Positions 1-9,286 of a stretch of DNA of 64,000 bases are shown in pieces (position 1 is the first letter of the stretch; each line of letters begins with the position of its first letter). The DNA comes from Firmicutes bacterium CAG:460 (GTDB lineage: Bacteria > Bacillota_I > Bacilli_A > RF39 > UBA660). The stretch lies in contig FR899762.1 in assembly GCA_000437355.1 (NCBI GenBank), forward strand, positions 45,395 to 109,394, written 5' to 3'. Below the pieces are notes generated by a model. It was not told the origin of the DNA. It ran no database searches and saw only the letters and a list, made by a program, of their open reading frames with translations. The position numbers and the translations under genes are program-made.

Positions 1-520
1 TACTAGGTCTTTCAGTAGAAAAATACAAAGGACTTATAATTGTTCCTACTATTTTCTTATTACTACCTAAAATATCAATAGAATCTCCAATACTTAAGTT
101 ATTATCAACAATCATCTTTTTTTCAACAACAATTTCATCATTATTATTAGGTAGTCTTCCATCTTCGATATAAACTTTATTAATATTATCATTTAAACCT
201 ATTACTTTAATAACATATTGTTCATTATTAAGTTTTAAATAAGTATCTTTTTCATAAGAACCAATGACTTTATCAACACCATCAATGTTGGATAAACGAT
301 CTATATCATTATCATCAAGACCCAAATTAGAAAAAATCAAAATATCATAAACATTATTATCATCATAAAATTTATCTAAAGTTTTAAGCATATCTGGACT
401 ACAAGCCTCAATTCCAGCATAAAAACCAATACCAAGAAGTGCCATAAACAAAAGCGATAAAAATCTTTTATAATTTTGTCTAATTTTCATAAAAATATGT
501 TTAAATAACATAGTTTTCAT
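1..520 (-). CDS. ABC transporter permease, FtsX/MacB-type (N-terminal part; gene continues past the left edge)
   Basis: ATG at 518-520 lies 1 nt after the stop of the upstream ATPase. Own translation MKTMLFKHIFMKIRQNYKRFLSLLFMALLGIGFYAGIEACSPDMLKTL... is TM1 followed by a long extracytoplasmic loop, as in FtsX-fold permeases. Confidence 0.6.
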   Translation of the reverse strand, partial: MKTMLFKHIFMKIRQNYKRFLSLLFMALLGIGFYAGIEACSPDMLKTLDKFYDDNNVYDILIFSNLGLDDNDIDRLSNIDGVDKVIGSYEKDTYLKLNNEQYVIKVIGLNDNINKVYIEDGRLPNNNDEIVVEKKMIVDNNLSIGDSIDILGSNKKIVGTIISPLYFSTERPS

Positions 521-521
521 A

Positions 522-1223
522 TTACCACTCTATATCCTTTATATCCATAGGTTTATCATTAATAATAACATCACTAACTGCACCATTTTTAAATTTGATA
601 ACTTTATCAGCCATTGGACAAATAGCAGAATTATGAGTTATAATTATTACTGTCATATGTTCTAATCTACATGTATCTTGAAGCAATTTAAGAATTTGTT
701 TTCCGGTTATATAATCAAGTGCACCAGTAGGTTCATCACATAATAACAATTTTGGATTTTTACAAATAGCTCTAGCTATTGCAACTCTTTGTTGTTCTCC
801 ACCACTAAGTTGTGCTGGAAAATTATTCTTTCTATTGCTAAGACCTACTTTATCCAAAATATCATCAGGATTCAAAGAATTTTTACATAATTGAGTAGCA
901 AGTTCTACATTTTCAATAACAGTTAAATTTTGAATTAAATTATAAAACTGAAAAACAAAACCAATATCATTTCTACGATATTTAATTAATTCTTTGTCAT
1001 TTAGTTTATTAATACACTTACCATCAACCATTACTTCACCACTAGTTAATTTATCCATACCACCTAAAATATTTAAACAAGTAGTTTTACCTGCACCGGA
1101 AGGTCCTAATATACAAACTAATTCCCCTTTATTTATTTTAAAAGAAGTATTTGAAAGTGCCTTAATTTCAACCTCACCCATTTTATAAACTTTAAAAACA
1201 TTATTAAATTCTATATAAGCCAT
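522..1223 (-). CDS. ABC transporter ATP-binding protein (MacB/LolD-like)
   Basis: Walker [10 protein letters not shown], signature [14 protein letters not shown], Walker [22 protein letters not shown] precedes the ATG at 1223 (MAYIEFNN); the track ORF extends to 1253. Confidence 0.9.
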   Translation of the reverse strand: MAYIEFNNVFKVYKMGEVEIKALSNTSFKINKGELVCILGPSGAGKTTCLNILGGMDKLTSGEVMVDGKCINKLNDKELIKYRRNDIGFVFQFYNLIQNLTVIENVELATQLCKNSLNPDDILDKVGLSNRKNNFPAQLSGGEQQRVAIARAICKNPKLLLCDEPTGALDYITGKQILKLLQDTCRLEHMTVIIITHNSAICPMADKVIKFKNGAVSDVIINDKPMDIKDIEW

Positions 1224-1237
1224 AATATCTCCTTTCT

Positions 1238-2080
1238 TTATTTCATTAAACAACTCTTAACAGATTCTGCCATTTTACGTTTTTCTTTTATAGGAACAAA
1301 ATTTTTAACAACAGAACTACGCTTATTATTTTTAAGACCAATATATGCAAAAAAACTAAAAACTAAAGCCCCAATAAAATTAACAAATAAATCTTTCATA
1401 GTATCATTTAAACCAATATCCAAATACCCACCATCAATAACATATAATAGCTTTCCATCTTTATCAAAAATTTCGGTCTTTCCAATATTATCAACAACAA
1501 CAGGTTTATTTTCATTATCAGGATTTAAATAAACTGACGAAACATTAGTAATAAGGGTATCTTTTTGCATATCAAATTTCATTAATTTATCCCCTCCATA
1601 TTCAAAAAATTCCCATAAAATACCAATAGTCATAGAAAAACAAAAAGCAACTAAACATAAATAAAAGGGTGATAAATTAATATCTTTGCTATTTTTATTT
1701 AATAAATCTACTAAAGAAAAACCAACTGCTGTAGCTAAAAATCCATTTATAGTATGTAAGCAAGTATCCCAATGAGGAATAATACCATAAAAATTATTAA
1801 TCTCACCAAGTATTTCAGCAGAAAATATAAATAAATAAATACTTATTTCTAAACTATCAGGCAAAGTAATTTCATATTTATTTTGAATAAATAATGGTGC
1901 AAATAACAAAACTAAAGATAATAAACATAATAAAGCATTATTTAAATCCCCTCTAATTATTTGTAAAATCATACATATTACAACTAAAAACCTAAGAATT
2001 AAATAAATAGCCAAAGAACTTCTTTTTGTTTCTTTATAAGCCATTTTAATCATTTTTTGAGCATTTATTCTTTTTTTCAT
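1238..2080 (-). CDS. Multi-pass membrane protein, uncharacterised
   Basis: Several hydrophobic helices. GAGGTG RBS precedes the ATG at 2080 (MKKRINAQ). No family recognised with certainty. Confidence 0.5.
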   Translation of the reverse strand: MKKRINAQKMIKMAYKETKRSSLAIYLILRFLVVICMILQIIRGDLNNALLCLLSLVLLFAPLFIQNKYEITLPDSLEISIYLFIFSAEILGEINNFYGIIPHWDTCLHTINGFLATAVGFSLVDLLNKNSKDINLSPFYLCLVAFCFSMTIGILWEFFEYGGDKLMKFDMQKDTLITNVSSVYLNPDNENKPVVVDNIGKTEIFDKDGKLLYVIDGGYLDIGLNDTMKDLFVNFIGALVFSFFAYIGLKNNKRSSVVKNFVPIKEKRKMAESVKSCLMK

Positions 2081-2155
2081 AAAACACCTCACTAAATAAT
2101 ATCTAACCTAATTATACTATTTAATTAAAAAAATTTCTATAAAAACAAAAAAATA

Positions 2156-2404
2156 CTAAGAATTTTTTACGCTCTTAATATTTTGTAATTCAAATCTATA
2201 CTTATTATTTACATCCGGATATTTAACATGATCAACTTCACTTAAAAACATATCATAATCCCTAACATATAATTTGCAATCATCATATAGTGCTCTATAC
2301 ACCACCATTTTCTTATCAGTTTCACTATTAATTGCAACATCAAGTACAATATATAAGTCCCCTTTAAAATGTTTATAAACTTTATTTAATTCGAGTTTTC
2401 TCAT
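2156..2404 (-). CDS. DUF1653-like small protein
   Basis: YKHFKGDLYIVLDVAINSETDKKMVVYRALYDD resembles the DUF1653 core. Overlaps the stop of the SDR gene by 4 nt. Confidence 0.5.
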   Translation of the reverse strand: MRKLELNKVYKHFKGDLYIVLDVAINSETDKKMVVYRALYDDCKLYVRDYDMFLSEVDHVKYPDVNNKYRFELQNIKSVKNS

Positions 2405-3126
2405 GCTGCAGTATATCCTCCATCAATTGGAACTATAGCACCAGTAATAAATGATGCTTCATCACTTAGTAAAAAACAAATTAAATCAGCAATTTCTGTA
2501 TCTTTACCAAGTCTTCCAATTGGAAGTTGATTAGCCATAGCAGCTTTAGAATCATCTGGAACCATTGCAAGTATCGGTGTATCAACATAACCCGGAGCAA
2601 TTGCATTAACTCTGATATTATCACGAGCATAAGATAAAGCCAAAGATCTAGTTATTTGATTTATTGCCCCCTTACTAGCAGAATAAGCAAAACTCATATT
2701 TGTTCCAACTAACCCATACATTGATGAAGTATTAACAATGCTTCCTCCACCAGTCTTAAGCATTTCACTTATAACATATTTATTTATTAAAAATATACCT
2801 GTTTGATTAACTCCAATAACTTTATTCCATTCTTCCAAACTAACTTCATGAGGTAAACTAGCACTTCCACCAATACCAGCATTAGCAACTAAATAATCTA
2901 TATGATTATATTTCTTTATTACTTCTAGAATACAATGTTTAACATCTTCTTCATTTGACACATCACACTTAATACCCATAAGTCCATTTTCTAAAGCAAT
3001 ACTTTCTACATTATCACTCCAGTCTACTAACACAACTTCACAACCCATACTCTTAAGTCTCTTGCCTGTTGCAAGACCTATACCACTTGCTCCCCCAGTA
3101 ATTACAGCTACTTTCATATTATCCAT
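2401..3126 (-). CDS. Short-chain dehydrogenase/reductase (SDR) family oxidoreductase
   Basis: TGGASGIG dinucleotide-binding motif, NAG, catalytic YSASKGA, PG motif. Confidence 0.85.
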   Translation of the reverse strand: MDNMKVAVITGGASGIGLATGKRLKSMGCEVVLVDWSDNVESIALENGLMGIKCDVSNEEDVKHCILEVIKKYNHIDYLVANAGIGGSASLPHEVSLEEWNKVIGVNQTGIFLINKYVISEMLKTGGGSIVNTSSMYGLVGTNMSFAYSASKGAINQITRSLALSYARDNIRVNAIAPGYVDTPILAMVPDDSKAAMANQLPIGRLGKDTEIADLICFLLSDEASFITGAIVPIDGGYTAA

Positions 3127-3130
3127 CTCC

Positions 3131-3808
3131 TTATTTTAAACTACTGCTTCCTGTTTTATAATCTATATTTATACCTGTTTGAATATTATAAACAAAAACA
3201 TTAAATTTTATACCTTCACCATTATCTTCAACAGATTTAGCTTCAATCTTAACACCACTTGCAAGCAAGTTGTCATCCTTATATACCGGTGTAACTCTAT
3301 ATAAAACATGATTATTTGTATCATTTATATAATCTGCTACTTTATTTTCAAAAGGAAGCATCCCTTTTGTATTCATTTGTCTTGTACAAGTAATTAAGTT
3401 TTTGGGATTAGCATTTTCCCCTGTCAATTGATATCCAATTAAATGACATCTATTATATAAGTATTTACCATCTACAATGTCATATTTTATAGTGTGCCAT
3501 CCACTAGGTTTAATCATACCAATTGAACCTCTTTTTTCAGTTGGCATTAAATCTTTACCAATATTTGCAAATGCCACTTTTGCTCGACCTAAGTTATCAA
3601 GCTCACTATAGATTTCAAAAGACGAGCTAGTATCAGCATCACTAAATTCTGGAACATTTCCATTAATTTCAATATATCTATATTCATTAAATTCTGGTAC
3701 TTCACTAAAGTTAGGTAAAGCAGAGGTATTCTTATTTACATAATCATACCCAAAATAAATACTTGCTAATAAAAAACATATTACTATTATAAAATTTTTC
3801 TTTTTCAT
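3131..3808 (-). CDS. Membrane-anchored or secreted DNA/RNA non-specific endonuclease (EndA/DNA-entry nuclease-like)
   Basis: N-terminal TM/signal segment. NRCHLIGYQLTGENANPKNLITCTRQMN matches the Endonuclea_NS_2-type active-site region. Confidence 0.75.
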   Translation of the reverse strand: MKKKNFIIVICFLLASIYFGYDYVNKNTSALPNFSEVPEFNEYRYIEINGNVPEFSDADTSSSFEIYSELDNLGRAKVAFANIGKDLMPTEKRGSIGMIKPSGWHTIKYDIVDGKYLYNRCHLIGYQLTGENANPKNLITCTRQMNTKGMLPFENKVADYINDTNNHVLYRVTPVYKDDNLLASGVKIEAKSVEDNGEGIKFNVFVYNIQTGINIDYKTGSSSLK

Positions 3809-3846
3809 AATATTATTATAAATTATATTGTAAAAGAAAAAAAGAA

Positions 3847-4074
3847 CTAATTTCTTTTACTTAACATCATTTTACTTTTTTGATATGCTTCCATATATTC
3901 TATATCACTAAATACTTCGTTATTACTACAATCTCTTATCAAAGATTCTAAACTTATATCTTCTTCATTGAAAAAGATTTTATTTGCTTCAAGCTCAAAA
4001 CAGAATCTTTCTATTAATTGATTCATAGCTAATTTATGACTAAGTTCGTAATATAACTCTAAATTATCTTTCAT
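3847..4074 (-). CDS. Small acidic hypothetical protein
   Basis: GGAGGA RBS precedes the ATG at 4074 (MKDNLELYY). Lies directly upstream of the nuclease on the same strand. No recognisable family. Confidence 0.4.
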   Translation of the reverse strand: MKDNLELYYELSHKLAMNQLIERFCFELEANKIFFNEEDISLESLIRDCSNNEVFSDIEYMEAYQKSKMMLSKRN

Positions 4075-4329
4075 AGTTCCTCCGTTCATTTTATTTTACT
4101 AAAATATTATACTTTTTTTTATTCAATTTTTCAATACAAAATTTATAAAATTTTACATTTTATAGGAAACGTTATTTATAACATATTTTATTTTGCTGTT
4201 GTGGATATAAATCAAGAATACAATCTTGTAAATTTATCAAAACAAAGTATTTATTTAAAAACTCCTGATTTACAATAATTATAGAATATTTAGGAAATTA
4301 ATTTATATAATTTAAGGAAAGAAGGTATA

Positions 4330-5412
4330 ATTATTAAAAAAATATGTGTATATGCAATATGTAAAAATGAAGAAAAGTTTGTAGATAGGTGGTATGAGTC
4401 AATAAAAGATGCTGATGGTATATTTGTTTTAGATACTGGATCAACTGATGGAACAAGAAAAAAATTAAAAAGTCATGGTATTGTTGCTAAGAAAAAGATA
4501 ATAAAACCATGGCGTTTTGATGTTGCTAGAAATGAAGCATTAAAAATGATACCTGATGATTATGATATTTGTATTTCTTTAGATTTAGATGAAGTTATGA
4601 TTGATGGTTGGAAAAAAGAAATATTAAAAATATGGAAAAGTGATACAGATAGAATAAGATATGTTTATAATTGGTATATTGAAGGAGATGTTCCTAAGGT
4701 AAGTTTTTATGCTGATAAAATACATAAAAGAACTGGATGTAAATGGGTAAATCCTGTTCATGAAGTACTGCAATTTGACCATGAAGAAAAACAAATTTTT
4801 ACAGATAATATTATTGTTAATCATTATCCAGATAGAGAAAAGTCACGAGCTAATTACTTGCCTTTACTTGAATTATCGGTCCGTGAAAATCCTTTGAATG
4901 ATAGAAATATGCATTATCTAGGAAGAGAATATATGTATTATGGAAGATGGAATGATGCTATTGATACTTTAATAAAACATTTAAGATTGGAAACTGCAAC
5001 ATGGAAAGATGAAAGATGTGCATCAATGCGATTTATTTCCAGATGTTATAAGAATTTAGGTCGTTATGATGAAGCTTTAATGTGGTTGTTAAAAGCTATT
5101 GATGAAGCCCCATATTTAAGAGACCCATATACCGAGCTTGCTTTACTTTATTATACTTTAGAAGATTATAAAAACGTTTGTAAATACGGACTGTTAGCAT
5201 TAGATATTAAAAATAATCCTAAAACATATATGAATGAAGTTTTTAGTTATGATGAAACATTAAATGATTTATTATCTATTGCATATTTTCATTTAAGTGA
5301 TTATGATAATGCCATTATAAATGCTAAAAAAGCATTAGAGATAAATCCGAATAATGAAAGAATTAAAAATAATTTAGAAATATTTGAAAATACAAAAAAA
5401 GCTGAAGATTAA
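4330..5412 (+). CDS. Family-2 glycosyltransferase fused to TPR repeats (start codon non-canonical or uncertain)
   Basis: The frame is open from 4294. Residues upstream of the track's ATG (4546) read IIKKICVYAICKNEEKFVDRWYESIKDADGIFVLDTGSTDGT..., a GT2 N-terminus. AAGGAAAGAAGG RBS at 4314-4325. TPR-like C-terminus (HYLGREYMYYGRWNDAIDTL...). Confidence 0.65.
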   Translation: MIKKICVYAICKNEEKFVDRWYESIKDADGIFVLDTGSTDGTRKKLKSHGIVAKKKIIKPWRFDVARNEALKMIPDDYDICISLDLDEVMIDGWKKEILKIWKSDTDRIRYVYNWYIEGDVPKVSFYADKIHKRTGCKWVNPVHEVLQFDHEEKQIFTDNIIVNHYPDREKSRANYLPLLELSVRENPLNDRNMHYLGREYMYYGRWNDAIDTLIKHLRLETATWKDERCASMRFISRCYKNLGRYDEALMWLLKAIDEAPYLRDPYTELALLYYTLEDYKNVCKYGLLALDIKNNPKTYMNEVFSYDETLNDLLSIAYFHLSDYDNAIINAKKALEINPNNERIKNNLEIFENTKKAED

Positions 5413-5431
5413 GAACCTTCAACTTTTTTAA

Positions 5432-5965
5432 TTATATTTTATTAACTTGATATACTTCTACATCAACATTTGTTTCTTGACCAAATAAGTCAATTATAAT
5501 ATTTAATCTATTATTTTCAAGGTCAATGTTATCAACTTTACCAGTCATACCACTGAATGGTCCATCAACAATATTAACTGTGTCTCCAACTTGTAATTCA
5601 GATTTAACGTCTACTCTACTCATTCCCATGTTAGCTAGAATTCTATCAATTTCTTGAGGTAGTAATGGAGTTGGTTTTGCTCCTTTTCCACTAGAACCGA
5701 TAAATCCTGTAACTCCTGGTGTATTTCTTACGATATACCATGCTTCATCAGTCATAATCATTTCAACTAAAACATAACCTGGAAACATTTTCTTCACTTT
5801 TTCCTTTTTAACTCCATCTTTTACTTCAACTTCTGTTGTTTCTGGAACTATAACACGGAAAATGTAATCTTGCATTCCCATTGACTCTGTTCTTGCTTCT
5901 AATTTTTCTTTTACTTTATTTTCATGTCCTGAATAAGTATTTACTACATACCAAAGTTTTTCCAT
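5432..5965 (-). CDS. nusG: Transcription termination/antitermination factor NusG
   Basis: MEKLWYVVNTYSGHENKVK... NGN domain plus C-terminal KOW (GDTVNIVDGPFSGMTGKV). Start overlaps the secE stop (TAATG). Confidence 0.95.
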   Translation of the reverse strand: MEKLWYVVNTYSGHENKVKEKLEARTESMGMQDYIFRVIVPETTEVEVKDGVKKEKVKKMFPGYVLVEMIMTDEAWYIVRNTPGVTGFIGSSGKGAKPTPLLPQEIDRILANMGMSRVDVKSELQVGDTVNIVDGPFSGMTGKVDNIDLENNRLNIIIDLFGQETNVDVEVYQVNKI

Positions 5966-6231
5966 TATGCCAACCATCCTTTAACTACTGATAATAATAA
6001 GTTTAGCAACATAAATAAGCAACATAATATTAAACAAAATACTACTGTTGATATTGTGTATTTTAATACTTCTTTTGCTGTTGGCCATTTAACTAATTTA
6101 AGTTCTTTTTTTACTTTTTTAACATAACTTTCTTTAGGACCTTTACTTACTTTTTTTGCTTTGCTATTTTTTTTCTTAGCATCTTTTGTAACTTTTGTTA
6201 CTTTTTTTGTTTCTTTAGCTTCTTTTGCCAT
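5965..6231 (-). CDS. secE: Preprotein translocase subunit SecE with Lys-rich N-terminal extension
   Basis: C-terminal KELKLVKWPTAKEVLKYTISTVVFCLILCCLFMLLN... is the SecE TM core. Position is immediately upstream of nusG. GGAGG RBS precedes the ATG at 6231. Confidence 0.85.
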   Translation of the reverse strand: MAKEAKETKKVTKVTKDAKKKNSKAKKVSKGPKESYVKKVKKELKLVKWPTAKEVLKYTISTVVFCLILCCLFMLLNLLLSVVKGWLA

Positions 6232-6309
6232 TAAAAAAACCTCCATTTAAAAAAACACTTTCGTGTTCATTAATAATATAGCATAGAAATATGGAAAAAT
6301 CAAGCAATT

Positions 6310-6903
6310 TTAGGTTAAATTCAACTCAAGAATTAATTTTTTTCTTATTGTTTGTATTTTTCTATAAATATATGAATAATCTTTTTTTAATAATATTGAT
6401 ATTTTTTTACAATCTAAACCATCTATTAAAAGAGTTATTATATTTATTTCTGCAATAGATAACTTACTTAATATTATTTCATATATATCATGAGATTGTT
6501 CTTGTTCACAAACTATTTCTAATGGGTCTTTACTATCTGCTAAAATAAATTCATTATTTTGTTTTTGATTTTCTAAATCACTAAGTAATACTACTGAGTT
6601 TTTCTTTTGTTCTCTTATTTCTGTTAATATTACTTTTTTTATTTTTCTTTTAATTAATGTTGATGCAAATGTGTAAAAACTTGCTTTATTATAATTACGA
6701 TAATTTTCAACTGCTCTTTTGTATGTTTCAAAACATTCATTATATAAATCATCAAAAGAAATGTTTAAAACTCTAATTGCTTCATAGTTATCTTTAATAA
6801 ATTTTTTTATAACAATATTATATTTTTCATCAAGTAATTTTTGAGCATCTTCATTGTTTTCTCGACATAGCATGATTAGTTCAGAATCACTTATATTAGT
6901 CAT
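6310..6903 (-). CDS. sigH: Sigma-70 family sigma factor, SigH-like
   Basis: Size (197 aa), region-2-like SFYTFASTLIKRKIKK and a C-terminal HTH. Conserved Bacillota synteny rlmB-(yacP)-sigH-(rpmG)-secE-nusG. Confidence 0.6.
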   Translation of the reverse strand: MTNISDSELIMLCRENNEDAQKLLDEKYNIVIKKFIKDNYEAIRVLNISFDDLYNECFETYKRAVENYRNYNKASFYTFASTLIKRKIKKVILTEIREQKKNSVVLLSDLENQKQNNEFILADSKDPLEIVCEQEQSHDIYEIILSKLSIAEINIITLLIDGLDCKKISILLKKDYSYIYRKIQTIRKKLILELNLT

Positions 6904-7561
6904 TATCCCCCATATGATAAATAAGAATGCTGGCAGCTACTGATGCGTTTAGGCTTTCAACATTTTTATTCATTGGAATACTTACTAAAACATCACTTTC
7001 TTCTTTAACTAATCTGCTTACGCCAGAACCTTCATTACCAATTACTAAAGCTCTTTTTGTGCTATAATCTATTTTTCTAAAATCTTCACCTTCCATTGAG
7101 GCTGCATATATAAAGAAACCATCTTTTTTTAACTTCTTCATAGTTGCTACTAAGTTATTAACCATTATTATTTTTACATAATTTATGGTTCCTACACTAG
7201 TTTTTACAACAACATCTGTTACTCCAACACTTCTATCTTTGGGAATTATTATCGATTTTATTCCTACTGCGGCACAAGTTCTTATGATGGCGCCAAAGTT
7301 ATGTGGGTCTTCAAGATGGTCTAATATTAAAACAAAATCTCCATCTATATCATTAATATTATAGTAATCATAATCAAAAGCATCAATTACCACCCCTTGG
7401 TGATTATATTCGCACATTTTATTAAGAAAATGATTATCAACAAATTCGTATTTAATTTTGTTTTCACTGCAATACTTGCATACTTCTTTTCTTGATGTAA
7501 ATACTTTTTTAATCTTTTTAGTATCTAATTCTTTTAAAACGTTCATACCATATACACGCAT
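6896..7561 (-). CDS. rlmB: TrmH/SpoU-family RNA 2'-O-methyltransferase (RlmB/YacO-like)
   Basis: SpoU motifs LILDHLEDPHNFGAIIRT, LVIGNEGSGVS, IPM...ESLNASVAASILIY. Synteny with sigH. Confidence 0.8.
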   Translation of the reverse strand: MRVYGMNVLKELDTKKIKKVFTSRKEVCKYCSENKIKYEFVDNHFLNKMCEYNHQGVVIDAFDYDYYNINDIDGDFVLILDHLEDPHNFGAIIRTCAAVGIKSIIIPKDRSVGVTDVVVKTSVGTINYVKIIMVNNLVATMKKLKKDGFFIYAASMEGEDFRKIDYSTKRALVIGNEGSGVSRLVKEESDVLVSIPMNKNVESLNASVAASILIYHMGDND

Positions 7562-7698
7562 TTTTATTTCCTCCTTTGTGTGATAAATTTATTATAACAC
7601 ATAGTATAATCTTTTGTATATATAAAATTTGCTTTTATTGAAAAATTTTTTAATATTTAAGTTGTTAATAAGAGGTAAATTAAAAAAAGATACAATAA

Positions 7699-7725
7699 AA
7701 CCCCGATTTTACGGGGATTATTTTT
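7699..7725 (-). terminator. Rho-independent terminator downstream of tRNA-Thr (T-runs on both strands)
   Basis: CCCCG-N6-CGGGG stem at 7701-7716, flanked by A-run and T-run. Confidence 0.6.
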
Positions 7726-7728
7726 AAA

Positions 7729-7804
7729 TGGTGCTGAAAGTAAGGCTTGAACTTACGACCTATGCGTTACGAGGGCATTGCTCTACCAACTGAGCTATTT
7801 CAGC
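7729..7804 (-). tRNA. tRNA-Thr (anticodon CGT)
   Basis: Reverse complement GCTGAAATAGCTCAGTTGGTAGAGCAATGCCCTCGTAACGCATAGGTCGTAAGTTCAAGCCTTACTTTCAGCACCA. It has a 7-bp acceptor stem, D arm GCTC/GAGC, T arm GTAAG-TTCAAGC-CTTAC and encoded CCA. Confidence 0.9.
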
Positions 7805-7888
7805 AACTAATATTAGTATACCACAAATATTAAGAATAACAACTTTTATTTTATAATTTTACATGATAAAATATTAGCAGGTGGTATT

Positions 7889-8800
7889 ATGTTTAAAAAT
7901 ACATTAGATAATAAAAGATATTATACACTAAATTACTTTTTTAAAATGAAGTTTGGTCAAAAAGTGTTTAAAGTTCCTTTAGATATTAATAGTACTTGTC
8001 CTAATCAAATTAATGGTGGATGTATTTATTGTTCTAATAAATCTAGTGCTACAATAAGTAATAATGCCCTTGATATTTTAGAACAATTTGAAAATGGGAG
8101 AAAAATTATGGAGCAAAAATGGCCAGATAGTTTGTATATTCCTTATTTTCAATCTGGCACTAATACTTATAATGATAAAAATTTAGTTAAAAATTATGTT
8201 GATAAGTTGTTAGTATTACCTAAAGTTGTGGGAATTGATATTGCTACTAGACCAGATTGTTTAACTGATGAATGGTTAGATTATTTAGATGAATTAAATA
8301 AAAAGACTTTTTTAATTGTAGAACTTGGGTTACAAAGTAGTAATAATAATACTTTAAATTTTATAAATCGTGGACATAATAGTGAAGTATTTAAAGATGC
8401 TGTAAAAAGATTACACGAAAGAAATATATTTGTTGTTGCGCACATTATAAATGGTCTACCATATGAGGCTAAAGAAGATATGTTAAATACAATAAAATTT
8501 GTTAATGATTGTGGTATTGATGGGATTAAAATTCATATGCTTTATGTAGCAAAAAATACCCCTTTAGCTAGTATTTATGAAAAAGATAAATTTCATATTC
8601 TAACTAAAGAGGAATATATTGATATTATTTGTGACCAATTAAGGCTTTTAAACAAAGATGTTGTTGTTATGAGAATAACTGGGGACCCAACTATAGATGA
8701 ATTGATTGCTCCGGATTGGCTTATAAAGAAGTTTGTAGTTTTAAATGATATAGATAAAGAAATGGTTAAGAGAAATATTTATCAAGGAGACTTAGTTTAG
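7889..8800 (+). CDS. Radical SAM protein, TIGR01212 (YtqA-like) family
   Basis: N-terminal KVPLDINSTCPNQINGGCIYCSN cysteine motif and overall TIGR01212-like layout. Confidence 0.75.
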   Translation: MFKNTLDNKRYYTLNYFFKMKFGQKVFKVPLDINSTCPNQINGGCIYCSNKSSATISNNALDILEQFENGRKIMEQKWPDSLYIPYFQSGTNTYNDKNLVKNYVDKLLVLPKVVGIDIATRPDCLTDEWLDYLDELNKKTFLIVELGLQSSNNNTLNFINRGHNSEVFKDAVKRLHERNIFVVAHIINGLPYEAKEDMLNTIKFVNDCGIDGIKIHMLYVAKNTPLASIYEKDKFHILTKEEYIDIICDQLRLLNKDVVVMRITGDPTIDELIAPDWLIKKFVVLNDIDKEMVKRNIYQGDLV

Positions 8801-9279
8801 TCTTCTGTTTTTATTATTTCATATAATTTATCAACAATTAAATTTATTACTTCTTCTTTATTTTCTTTTCTAGTTTCTTTTGTTACTTTTAATGAACCAT
8901 TGTAATTTGTGTTATTATCCTTATTATATATGCTAAAGTAAACTGTGCTATTATCACCAGATAAGTTATGAAGATCCGCTCTATTTAGTTTACCTGTTAT
9001 ACCTATTCCATAATTAGAATTGGTAAATTCAGATATTTTTTTACTCATTTCTATGGCAGTTTCTATGCTATAAACTGAATATGTATTAATTATTTCTTTT
9101 GGTACACCCATTTTTATTTTAAATTCATTTGAGTAAGTTACTGCACTAAATTTTAGAATTTCACTAGCTCCCGGGATATTTGTAATGGCATTAGCAAGAG
9201 CTCCGCCGGTACAAGATTCCATTGTTGAGATAGTTTTATTTTGTTTAGTTAATATTTTTACTATTTCTTCTAATTTCAT
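8797..9279 (-). CDS. pncC: CinA-family nicotinamide-nucleotide amidohydrolase (PncC domain)
   Basis: TISTMESCTGGALANAITNIPGASEILKFSAVTYSNEFK is the CinA C-terminal domain signature. Confidence 0.8.
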   Translation of the reverse strand: MKLEEIVKILTKQNKTISTMESCTGGALANAITNIPGASEILKFSAVTYSNEFKIKMGVPKEIINTYSVYSIETAIEMSKKISEFTNSNYGIGITGKLNRADLHNLSGDNSTVYFSIYNKDNNTNYNGSLKVTKETRKENKEEVINLIVDKLYEIIKTED

Positions 9280-9286
9280 AATAACC

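Noticed and set aside
7729-7804. C31·C39 mismatch at the base of the tRNA-Thr anticodon stem as evidence of a pseudogene
   Set aside because: All other arms, the CCA end and conserved positions (T8, GG in the D loop, TTCAAGC in the T loop) are intact. A single 31-39 mismatch is tolerated in many tRNAs.
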